A stretch of DNA of 63,806 nt, counting the filler, from Welwitschia mirabilis (lineage: Eukaryota): NCBI GenBank assembly GCA_051453625.1. It is 8 parts of one record of this genome, joined end to end, with 100 filler letters (N's around TTAATTAATTAA, not from the genome) between each part and the next. Parts side by side here need not be neighbours in the genome. Positions count along the whole stretch, not along the records: positions 30,211 to 40,654 come from JBOZIK010000001.1; positions 40,755 to 45,861 come from JBOZIK010000001.1; positions 45,962 to 54,790 come from JBOZIK010000001.1; 5 more parts are not named here. One strand, written 5' to 3'. The position numbers and the translations under genes are program-made. The notes under the pieces are model-generated. The model did not search any database. It was not told the DNA's origin and was given only the letters and a program-made list of their open reading frames with translations. Of this stretch, positions 36,866 through 47,889 are shown in pieces (within the stretch, counting starts at the first letter, position 1; each line of letters begins with the position of its first letter).

Positions 36866-39419
36866 GTTTATTAGAGTAGTAGGAAGACATAATATAACCA
36901 ACATCATGACTTGGTTCTTAGAAACGAGAGAAGAGTCAAATCCTCCTCTCCAAATTAATTATGCAAAAACTCTGTGAAACAAATAGCCTAATGGTTGTAT
37001 TTGTTTTATGTATATTTTCCAATACATGCTGTTATGCATTTTTGGAAGACTAGAAATATATCATAAAACCCATGTAAAGAATGCTCCAAATATATTTGTC
37101 ATAACAAAAACAATACACATGGTACATGGAAAGTGGAACTTTCATGGTGGCAGTCATTTGTTTTACTTGTTCAATATATGTGACCACCTTTATGAGAAGC
37201 GTGTTTGGTCATGCCTTTTCATGCAACTGATTGAAATTGTTTAGTTGTTTGGAAACTTGAAATTTAGCATGCTTGTGCATTTGAAGTTCATTTCTTTAGA
37301 CTTTTTTTTAGACATTGCAACATTTATAAAGTTGTTTATTTTTAAAAAAAATGGAGTGTGAGGGTTACTAGGAAAATTGATATATGAAATTATCAGTTGT
37401 GTTATTTCTTTACAAACTTTGGCACGGTGATAGCACGTTTGACTTACATCAAAAAGCTAAGTGCCTTTTCATGTAACGTTTAAAAAAGCATCAATCATTT
37501 AGAATTCGAGTTCCTTGTGTTTTAATTTAAAAAGAAAAATTAATGAAGAAAAAAAAACTTAACACTAATGAATTATCTCTTTCATTTGTGGAATTATCCA
37601 TAAGTTTGAGTTGTACGTTGAAGAGGTATGAGCTTCTTTTCTTCAGCATTTTTGTGATTTCATAGAACAATTTTTCAATCCGTGGATTGCATTTATAATA
37701 ATTGTTAAGCTTGTTTTAAGTGAAATACATTTTTGTTTTTCCTATTTTGAGAATATGAATTGGGCGAGATAAGATTTTGAAGCAGAAAACACTTTAACCT
37801 ATGCAATAAACCTTTATAAATATTTTATGTATATATATAAAGCTATATCTAATAATAAGTAACAACAAAAGAAGGGGAAAGAGAATATGTCACTATATTA
37901 TGAGATCGTTGAGCATTTAAAAATCTTCATTATTTCTTATCATTCACCCTACCTATTCATAGGCAAACCAAAACAACTTTGGTGGTTGAGGGAAGAGACA
38001 TCTTCCCCTACTTAGTTTTATAGTATTTGTTAGTAAGGAACATAGTCTAGTATGCCATTGCTATATGGTGCATTGATATAGCTTAAAACACACATAGGTC
38101 TAAGCACTAAGGTGTTAAACTACATCAAAGAGGGTACCATGTTGGACAACAAAACAGCCAAGACGACAAAGCGATAGACGAGTTGGTGACCTATGTAATC
38201 CAGAAGCACATTGGTGGTGTTATTAGCATGCTTGAATGTCTTCACCATCTTTGGGCTTTCGCTAGGGTGGATCTAGAAAGTGAATTTTTATACAACTTTT
38301 TAATATTATCCATCAGGGCTTTATACAAAACTCTTAGAAGATTAGTTAGTCATGTACGTGATAGTATTTAAAAGCAAAAGAGTAAGGAGGCCATAAAAAA
38401 TTTATTTAAGGGGAAGAAAAAGCAATGTAGACACTTAAAAAGACATTTGTTTTAATTAAAAATGATAGGCTTAAATACAAGGAAGTGGCTAATATTGGCA
38501 TTCATAGATTGTGGATCCAATCCCACAAATACTGGATCTTTCCACTCAACAAGATGAACAATTAACTAAAACAACTTTTATTTATATTTAGTGAGGGCAT
38601 TCACTTGTGTGTTGCTTATTAAAAAAATGTAAACTTAAAAACTTATTTGTAATAATCTTTAAAGGAAATTTCTCATAATATTGTATCATTGAAAATACAC
38701 GCTATAAGGTGAAGGGAACTAGGCACTTGGTGGGGAAGGGGAAAGATTGAGTGGGAAGCACACAAAGAGGTTGATATTGTGGGCATAATTCCTCAATACA
38801 ACTTGTTCTTACATGAGAGTTTCAAAGAGAGAGAGAGAGTTTAGGTGCGACGTTAATCCTCAATACAACAACCTTTTATCAAGTACATTTTGGTTTAAAG
38901 TTTTCAAATAGAAAGCCGAAAAAGCAAAGCTGGTGGATATGTATGAATAGTTTGCGTAAGGTTGTATTTACAAGGAGCCTATGATATGAGAAATCTTGGA
39001 TTATATTTAATTAATAAATTGAATATGCCTTTTGTATCACTTGTTCTTCCTAAAGTATGATAATTTCGATTGAATAGTAACAATATTATTGAAAAGAATC
39101 CAAATTAAACAAATATTTATGAGGGGATGTTAAACTTAAAACTCTTAGTGTTTGGACCTACCCTTGTAAGTATAGCCATAAAAATCATCCAAGAAAATGA
39201 TTTTATTGCGCATAGCGCCTTGAAGAAGTTTTTGGTTGTAAGTAGAGTATCAAAAGTTTCAAACTCACAACCTTCATGTGGAAGATAAGTGTGTTACTAG
39301 TTGGATTATCAACCCATTGGCGACAAGAATATTTGTCAATCAAGCACATTTTAAATATGTAATAGACATATTTGTTTGATATTTAAGTTCGCCCTAGGGA
39401 ATTTTTCCCCTCTAAGGCA

Positions 39420-40260
39420 ATTTTCTTTAATCCTCTGACAAGGCTATAACAGAAATTCAACTTAAAGAAAAAGAAATTCAATGATCAGGTAATGCATCAT
39501 TATAACTAAAGATAAACTCTTTGATAGTAATAAAAAAGCTTTGAGTATTCTTTACTAAGCGATCCTTAAGTGATATAAAAGCACTTTCATAGTATTTGCT
39601 CTGTCCATTGGTTATAGACTAGGCAAGGGTGGGCATGGAGGTCTAAATGAAAAGGATATGGTTTAGAGTAATCAAATTTTAAGGAGGCACACATAAAACT
39701 AAGTAATGCCCATTTAGTTAGTGCTTTTATAGGCAAAGGAGATGAGTAAGCTCCACTAAATTTTTGCCACTTGAGTGTGGATCTAAAATGTAATACTTTG
39801 CAAAATCGTATTCTTAAGTCTTGAAAAGTAGAATTATCAATTCTTTCAAAAATATGATTGCATCAACATTTCTAGATTGCATGTAGGATATTAGATTCGA
39901 AACAGTCCAAAGGAATAAATAGTGTTTTGGAAGATAGGACTCTCTAAGAAGAATATGCTTTAGTTTGAATGAAATCCTCGTAAGGATATAAGAACCCACG
40001 TCTAAGTTTTTTAAGCCATGAAGCACTCAATGAAGCAACGCTAGAAACTAGCTTCATTAATGCACGAAGTGTAGGAAACAACTTCAGAATTCATATGACG
40101 AATCTTTTTACTAAACGGTAGACTTTGATGAAGGAGATAGCATAAGAAATGTTATTGTTTTGATAAGGCAAATAATTTGTAGACGCTTTAATCTCTTCAT
40201 ATTCATTAACTGTTTGAGTCTAAGGTATGTCATGATTTATCACAAGAGTTTTCCATAAAT
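39420..40260 (-). mobile_element. 5'-truncated LINE 3' fragment (zf-RVT region), same family as 47890-51410
   Basis: Collinear nucleotide similarity to 47900-48650 (shared agtaataaaaaagcttt, ttttaaggaggcaca, tctagattgcatg, ctctaagaagaatatgcttt). Confidence 0.7.
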
Positions 40261-40272
40261 ATGTCTTCCAAA

Positions 40273-40637
40273 TGTTACGAAAATACAGGAAAGCAGTGCA
40301 GAGCTCTATTATCTTCTTAAAGAGTACAAGCTAAGAACAAGCTTCAAGCCAACAGTAGGCTTTAGGCAAAGAATGCCTCATAGTGCTCTATCAACTCTCT
40401 TTCTTGCAAACAAACAACCGTCACACTACCATTAAATAGGCCAAGGGTTATAACCAATTAGAGTTATGAGTCAAAACCCTAGAGAGGGTACCATTCCTTT
40501 TTTGACACATGTCCCATCTTTACCTAACACCCCCAAGGATGGTTTAAAATAGAAACTTCTTTTTACATATTAAAGTGGGGCCAACGTAAAACATAACATC
40601 AGGTACAATACAATAAATTTGGCTTCACATATTAACA
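40273..40637 (-). mobile_element. 3' LTR of another Tork-type copia, with adjacent PPT
   Basis: The minus strand reads caagtggcagaa (PPT) then TGTTAATATGTGAAGCCAAATTT, sharing tgaagccaaat with both intronic LTRs. The remainder is lost in the gap. Confidence 0.65.
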
Positions 40638-40972
40638 TTCTGCCACTTGAAGACNNNNNNNNNNNNNNNNNNNNNNNNNNNNNNNNNNNNNNNNNNNNTT
40701 AATTAATTAANNNNNNNNNNNNNNNNNNNNNNNNNNNNNNNNNNNNNNNNNNNNAGTAAAGGTATTTTGTTAATTATTCAGGAGAGGACTATGAAATAGA
40801 ATAAAAATTGGGGTGAAACCACCCCTGAGGAAATAGACTAAATACAAGGGACTGCCTATTTAGAAGAGTAAAAGCATAGAACTACTAATAAGCTAGAGGC
40901 AAAAATGCCCTACACTACCAGAAGTTACATAATGCTTAAGTTTGAAAAGAAAAAGACCTAGGAGGAAGAGAA

Positions 40973-41190
40973 TTAGAGTCCTCTATAGAATGGAAACAAA
41001 TCACCATGATTGTGGTTGAGCAAGAAATAACCCATATCATTAGAGAGTATCTCAACCTCCTTGAATTCTTTAGCACCTGCTAGATTTTTATCTGGATGAA
41101 ATCTGAGGGCTGTCTTTCTATAGATGGACTTGATAGCTTGAGTAGGGCTCTGTGAAAGAGTCCTAATGTGATAAATGGATATCTCTTTAG
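40973..41190 (-). pseudogene. DnaJ J-domain at the 3' end of LINE copy B
   Basis: YPFITLGLFHRA / AIKSIYRKTALRFHPDKNLAGAKEFKEV-EILSNDMG...LFPFYRGL*: intact HPD motif, a frameshift after helix I and a small deletion in helix III. Confidence 0.85.
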
Positions 41191-41625
41191 ACCTTAAATT
41201 GTTCTCAACATAACTTCCCATCGAGCAACATTCATGTGAATGTCCTCTTGAGGGTGAGGTTGAATTTCTACTAAAGAAGAATCTAAGGTATAGTTCTAAG
41301 TAGGGATGGGGCTCGTTACGAGCTAAGGATAGGTCTAGTAATGCCTACCTTACTCTTAGGAGTTAGGGGCAGGAATTTTTGAATTAGCTCTTAAGCTGTC
41401 CCATGGATAGGCTCCTAAGCTATCTCCTGTTGGGTTGGGAGCAAAAACATCTCCTCTAAATAATGAACTAGGGATTCCTTCTATAATGGCTCTTCTTTTG
41501 GAGGCCCTCCTTGGAGGAGTCTAATATGGATGTAATTGGAGAGGAGGCAGAGGGGCCTCTTTTACCCTGATTTCTTGGGCTACTCTCCACAGAGCTAGAA
41601 CTAAATCCAAATGCCTTGAGGAATA

Positions 41626-42132
41626 TTTCCTTTAAAGAGATTAGATAACAAAGAATGGAAAATTCACCTAACACCCTAGGTCAAGGGCTTTAAGAAAAGG
41701 AAAATAAATACCTAAAAGTTTAGAGTAATTCCCAGACTGAATGATATAGTGGTTAACTAACTTTATGCCTAATCCTCATGGGGGTGGTAGCATCTTTCTA
41801 CTAATGTGCCTTCTTGGAAATTTAGAAGCCCAATTAGGGAAGAAGTGAAGCACTTCACATTACTCTCAGCTTCCAAACTGAATACATTCTCCTTCTGTAG
41901 GAATCTTCAACACCCTAGAGAGGGAATCTTTAGTGATCTCTATAGGGATTCTTCTGAATGTTATGCACCTGTCTTTCCATCATCTATAAAAGGGGGCGAT
42001 ATCAACCCTGTGATCTCCCCTAAGCTTGTGCAGGAGGGGTTCCCATCCCATAGCTTGCACTTTTTCCCACAAGACAGGGCAACCTTCAAAGAGGTCAGGG
42101 TCAAAAGTCTTGATTGTAGGCATGGCTTCCAT
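41626..42132 (-). pseudogene. PMD/Transposase_32-like accessory domain in LINE copy B, in the same frame as the post-zf-RVT motif
   Basis: MEAMPTIKTFDPDLFEGCPVLWEKVQAMGWEPLLHKLRGDHRVDIAPFYR*WKDRCITFRRIPIEITKDSLSRVLKIPTEGE...HISRKMLPPP*GLGIKLVNHYIIQSGNYSKLLGIYFPFLKAL...VNFPFFVI*SL. Confidence 0.7.
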
Positions 42133-45100
42133 TGTGAGTTAGATTTGGAAATGTTAGTATTTCATCTTCTTTATAGTATTTAAAGGTAAAGGTAAGGATA
42201 CATTATTAAAAATCAGATCATTTTTAATTCTTTAAATCTACCAAAACATCAAGCAGATCCTATCCGTTAATTGTGTATCAAGGGTGTTGCAGGTCTGATG
42301 ATACTTCTTCATAATGAAGATTAATTATTTAATTCAAGTGTAATGATGAAATAAATACTATGCTATTTTAGGACTTAATTGGCAGATGGGATAGTTTATG
42401 TCCAGTTGAAATCCTCTTTTGAGTAATTGGTCTCTAGTTAAGATTCTATGGTGGTCCTTTAACTAATAAAAGACTTTAGTTTTTTTCGGAATTTGACCTT
42501 TCTATACTTATTGTAGGAGTCATCTTTTACATATTTCTTTAAGAAAAGCTATTNNNNNNNNNNNNNNNNNNNNNNNNNNNNNNNNNNNNNNNNNNNNNNN
42601 NNNNNNNNNNNNNNNNNNNNNNNNNNNNNNNNNNNNNNNNNNNNNNNNNNNNNNNNNNNNNNNNNNNNNNNNNNNNNNNNNNNNNNNNNNNNNNNNNNNN
42701 NNNNNNNNNNNNNNNNNNNNNNNNNNNNNNNNNNNNNNNNNNNNNNNNNNNNNNNNNNNNNNNNNNNNNNNNNNNNNNNNNNNTGGGTAATAATCTCTTA
42801 TTTTTAGAGATAAATTTGGTGATGATCTTTTTCTTCTTAATCATATAAACTCCTTTAAGATCTTATTAATTTTTTGGATAATATTTCTTAGGGGAAGTAA
42901 TAATGGAAGCTATGTAACATAAATAAGAAATTAAACAAGAGTTTATGAGGATGATTTTAGTTTTGAATAAGAGAAATTTTTTCTGCCAAGAGTTCTGCTA
43001 CCTTTGAATAAACTTAATGATGTAATTTTAAGTAACGGTCTTATGCCAGTTTCACAGGGGAATTCTAAGGTATATATCCTAAAGGTCTCCTAATTTTGCA
43101 TTAGGATTTAGATGATTTTGCCCTCTCTAATAAATTTTTTGTCCAAAGTGTGGATTCTTGACTTATTCTAGTTGGTCTATAAACCTATAACTACTATAAA
43201 AAGTTTCATAGAATTTTTTATTGCTTTTTTTTTATTGGCATGAAGCCCTGGTTATGATGATGGTATTATCTANNNNNNNNNNNNNNNNNNNNNNNNNNNN
43301 NNNNNNNNNNNNNNNNNNNNNNNNNNNNNNNNNNNNNNNNNNNNNNNNNNNNNNNNNNNNNNNNNNNNNNNNNNNNNNNNNNNNNNNNNNNNNNNNNNNN
43401 NNNNNNNNNNNNNNNNNNNNNNNNNNNNNNNNNNNNNNNNNNNNNNNNNNNNNNNNNNNNNNNNNNNNNNNNNNNNNNNNNNNNNNNNNNNNNNNNNNNN
43501 NNNNNNNNNNNNNNNNNNNNNNNNNNNNNNNNNNNNNNNNNNNNNNNNNNNNNNNNNNNNNNNNNNNNNNNNNNNNNNNNNNNNNNNNNNNNNNNNNNNN
43601 NNNNNNNNNNNNNNNNNNNNNNNNNNNNNNNNNNNNNNNNNNNNNNNNNNNNNNNNNNNNNNNNNNNNNNNNNNNNNNNNNNNNNNNNNNNNNNNNNNNN
43701 NNNNNNNNNNNNNNNNNNNNNNNNNNNNNNNNNNNNNNNNNNNNNNNNNNNNNNNNNNNNNNNNNNNNNNNNNNNNNNNNNNNNNNNNNNNNNNNNNNNN
43801 NNNNNNNNNNNNNNNNNNNNNNNNNNNNNNNNNNNNNNNNNNNNNNNNNNNNNNNNNNNNNNNNNNNNNNNNNNNNNNNNNNNNNNNNNNNNNNNNNNNN
43901 NNNNNNNNNNNNNNNNNNNNNNNNNNNNNNNNNNNNNNNNNNNNNNNNNNNNNNNNNNNNNNNNNNNNNNNNNNNNNNNNNNNNNNNNNNNNNNNNNNNN
44001 NNNNNNNNNNNNNNNNNNNNNNNNNNNNNNNNNNNNNNNNNNNNNNNNNNNNNNNNNNNNNNNNNNNNNNNNNNNNNNNNNNNNNNNNNNNNNNNNNNNN
44101 NNNNNNNNNNNNNNNNNNNNNNNNNNNNNNNNNNNNNNNNNNNNNNNNNNNNNNNNNNNNNNNNNNNNNNNNNNNNNNNNTTTTTTATTGCTTTTTTTTA
44201 TTGGCATGAAGCCCTGGTTATGATGATGGTATTATCTACATAGTGATTGTTGATAAAAGTTTGACCTCCACTTCTAATTCCTGTAACTCCATTTCTTCTT
44301 AAAAAACCTATAAAACATTCATTACAAAGAGAAAAATATATGGGGATAGGGGGTCTCTTTGTCTTACCCCTCTACCTACTAAAAATAAATTTGATTTATG
44401 ATTGTTGATCTCCACACTGAATTCAACTAAAGATTGCATATCTAGCCATAAATTAATAACATCTTGAGGAAAAATAGTTTTTCTAAGGATACATCCTAGT
44501 GCTTGCCAACTAATTAAATCATAAGCTTTAGCAATATATAACTTAGTAATAAGGAGAGGACATTTATATTTTTTTAATAAAATGAATGATTTCATGAGTC
44601 AGGAGGATTTGGTCTTAGATATACCTAGATCAGATAAAGCTGGCTTGGTTTTCTAAAATCACATTTAGAAGCAGGAGGTGATACAACCAACTATGATTTT
44701 TGCAAAAATTCTATGAAGAACATTACATACACCTATGAGCCTAAAATTATCTGATTTGCTAGTGTTCCTTTTCTTAGGGATAAGAANNNNNNNNNNCCTA
44801 GTTCTATTCATTTCCTTAGGGACTCATTTATTATGAAAAACTTCCTGCATCACATCCTAAAGGTCATTCCCTAATATAGAGAAATAAGATTTAAAAGTTT
44901 AATTAACCATCCATCAAGGTCAAGGGCTCTATTATTCTTCATAGATCTTATAGAAGCCAAGACCTCCTTTCTACTTAGAGGTTTAGCAAACATAGAGTTG
45001 TCTTCACTCGAGATTTTCTTAATTTATGGAANNNNNNNNNNNNNNNNNNNNNNNNNNNNNNNNNNNNNNNNNNNNNNNNNNNNNNNNNNNNNNNNNNNNN

Positions 45101-47889
45101 NNNNNNNNNNNNNNNNNNNNNNNNNNNNNNNNNNNNNNNNNNNNNNNNNNNNNNNNNNNNNNNNNNNNNNNNNNNNNNNNNNNNNNNNNNNNNNNNNNNN
45201 NNNNNNNNNNNNNNNNNNNNNNNNNNNNNNNNNNNNNNNNNNNNNNNNNNNNNNNNNNNNNNNNNNNNNNNNNNNNNNNNNNNNNNNNNNNNNNNNNNNN
45301 NNNNNNNNNNNNNNNNNNNNNNNNNNNNNNNNNNNNNNNNNNNNNNNNNNNNNNNNNNNNNNNNNNNNNNNNNNNNNNNNNNNNNNNNNNNNNNNNNNNN
45401 NNNNNNNNNNNNNNNNNNNNNNNNNNNNNNNNNNNNNNNNNNNNNNNNNNNNNNNNNNNNNNNNNNNNNNNNNNNNNNNNNNNNNNNNNNNNNNNNNNNN
45501 NNNNNNNNNNNNNNNNNNNNNNNNNNNNNNNNNNNNNNNNNNNNNNNNNNNNNNNNNNNNNNNNNNNNNNNNNNNNNNNNNNNNNNNNNNNNNNNNNNNN
45601 NNNNNNNNNNNNNNNNNNNNNNNNNNNNTCAAATGAGATTTTACTTAAATCCTTGCCTATAAGAATTCTATTAATTTTAGACATAATCAAATATTTATCT
45701 ACTCTTCCATTGGACAAAGTGTACTTGCACCCAGTGATAGGGATGTCTGTAAGAGAGTTTTTTGTCAAAACGTCTTTTAGGATTGAGGCTTCTTTGGAAT
45801 TTTAATTGTCATCCTCAGATTTTTCCTAGTGATGAAGAAATTGATTAAAGTTACCCAAGATNNNNNNNNNNNNNNNNNNNNNNNNNNNNNNNNNNNNNNN
45901 NNNNNTTAATTAATTAANNNNNNNNNNNNNNNNNNNNNNNNNNNNNNNNNNNNNNNNNNNNTTTGCTTATGGTAGCATATGCTCTGATTGTGTTTGGTCT
46001 TCTCACAAAACGTACATGTTTCCTTTGGCTTTTTCTTAATGTTAATCAGCCATTTTCTACATTCTTCTCTTAAATGACCCAATATTCCACAATGTGAACA
46101 TTTCTTTTTATGAGGAGCACATCCCTAAAAAGATGTCCTAATTTTTTTAAACCCATGAAAGGAACTAGAAGATTCTCATAAGTAATGTCAATCTCACAAA
46201 TACTCCATTTAGATCTAAATTTTATGTATTGAATCTACTTTGTATTCTTTAGGCTCATCCCAATACAAAATTTAGTTAACACTAGTTTTATCTATTTAAT
46301 AGTGATCCTGTCAAGTTTGATAAGTTCACCAAAATGAGCCACCATTTTTCTTAAGGGATATTCATCCCAAAACTCTAATGGAAACTTGTGAATGTGGATA
46401 CAACTTGGTAACCTCTTAAATAGGTTTTGGTTCATTTATACCCGTGACATCCATTTAGCTAGGGCAAGACCTCAAACCNNNNNNNNNNNNNNNNNNNNNN
46501 NNNNNNNNNNNNNNNNNNNNNNNNNNNNNNNNNNNNNNNNNNNNNNNNNNNNNNNNNNNNNNNNNNNNNNNNNNNNNNNNNNNNNNNNNNNNNNNNNNNN
46601 NNNNNNNNNNNNNNNNNNNNNNNNNNNNNNNNNNNNNNNNNNNGATGAAACAAACTTTTGATTAGACAGTATTTAAGTTTCTTATCAATATCACAGCATG
46701 CATCTTCATTAATGTCTAAAAATAGGGATTCCCCTTTCCTAAAGAACTAATTCTTTTGCATTTTAGGGCCAAACCCCTTGAAAAACCCCCTAAAAGTAGA
46801 TTAGCATTGAGTATTAAAAATATTCTGCAACTTACCCATAGTAGGCCTATCTGGCTGCTGAAATCACCCCCACATACTATGACAAAGGATTAAAACCACT
46901 TCCATTGATCTGTGGCCTTCTAAGCCTCACTCCCTCCTATGCTTCAGATTTGCCAAACCCTAGTAGAGTTTCAAAACCTTAGCAGAGCTCCTCGGTGTAG
47001 TTGTTATAATTGAAAATTATTTTATAAAGATTGGATACCTTAGTTAATATTTTATAATGCCTTGAATATTAGCATTCATTTAGAAAAGTGTGATGGTAGT
47101 ATTTTTTGGGAGAGGTATGTTCATAAAAAATTTTAAGTTCAACAATTCCATTCATTTATTAAGAAAACTTCTTTATTTCAAAATCATAATCGTTCAATCA
47201 ATATAACCTTATAAAAGATAATATATCTTAGAAATNNNNNNNNNNNNNNNNNNNNNNNNNNNNNNNNNNNNNNNNNNNNNNNNNNNNNNNNNNNNNNNNN
47301 NNNNNNNNNNNNNNNNNNNNNNNNNNNNNNNNNNNTCTTAGAAATATCCATGTATAAAATTAAGTAATTTCATAGTAATGTACTATTTAAAAGAATAATA
47401 GACTACTAATAAGATGATAGTCCAACCAGGGTGGTGGTGTTCATCTATTTAAGAGATTCTGGTTTTAAATCCTTAAATAATTGCTTGACATACTATAAGG
47501 TCTTAAATGTGATTAGATTTTTTATTTCAGTGATCATAGTGGTCATAGTTCTAGAGGAAGGCATGGTCACTAAAAAGTTTTAAGTTTAATGTTTTGCTCC
47601 TAATAGAATAGTGGATCAAAAATCAATTTAATTATTTATTATATTTATAATCAATTAGAAGTATATAAATATTAATCAATGTTCAACATATCATTAGAAC
47701 ATGCATTATAATTAATTTTAGAGTCCTATATTTAATCACAAACTTCAATTTGCAACTACATTTATATAATCTATGGATATTAAAACTTATATCTAAAAAT
47801 GTTTAATTAATTATTAGTTATAATGTGGTGTCAAAATCTAAATCGTAATTTGATATTAACTTAAAAAAATCCAAAATACATAGGAATAA

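Larger units (their letters stand above)
40755..46995 (-). mobile_element. Near-full-length degenerate L1-like LINE, copy B (same family as 10947-17951)
   Basis: ORF1 LPSCIHIHKFPLEFWDEYPL (about 46400); EN MSKINRILI (45680); RT KLYIAKAYD...GVRQRDPLSPYIFLFVM (44308-44595); zf-RVT IPKKTKVFY*LKDHHRILTRDQLLKRG...YPIC (about 42350-42500); the 5' region is homologous to copy A. Confidence 0.9.

Noticed and set aside
40973-41221. Standalone host DnaJ gene or pseudogene
   Set aside because: It lies inside a LINE before the 3' hairpin, and the homologous segment occupies the same position in the second LINE copy.
41806-42183. 125-aa plus-strand ORF
   Set aside because: It is the antisense shadow of the minus-strand LINE accessory domain; the conserved reading is on the minus strand.
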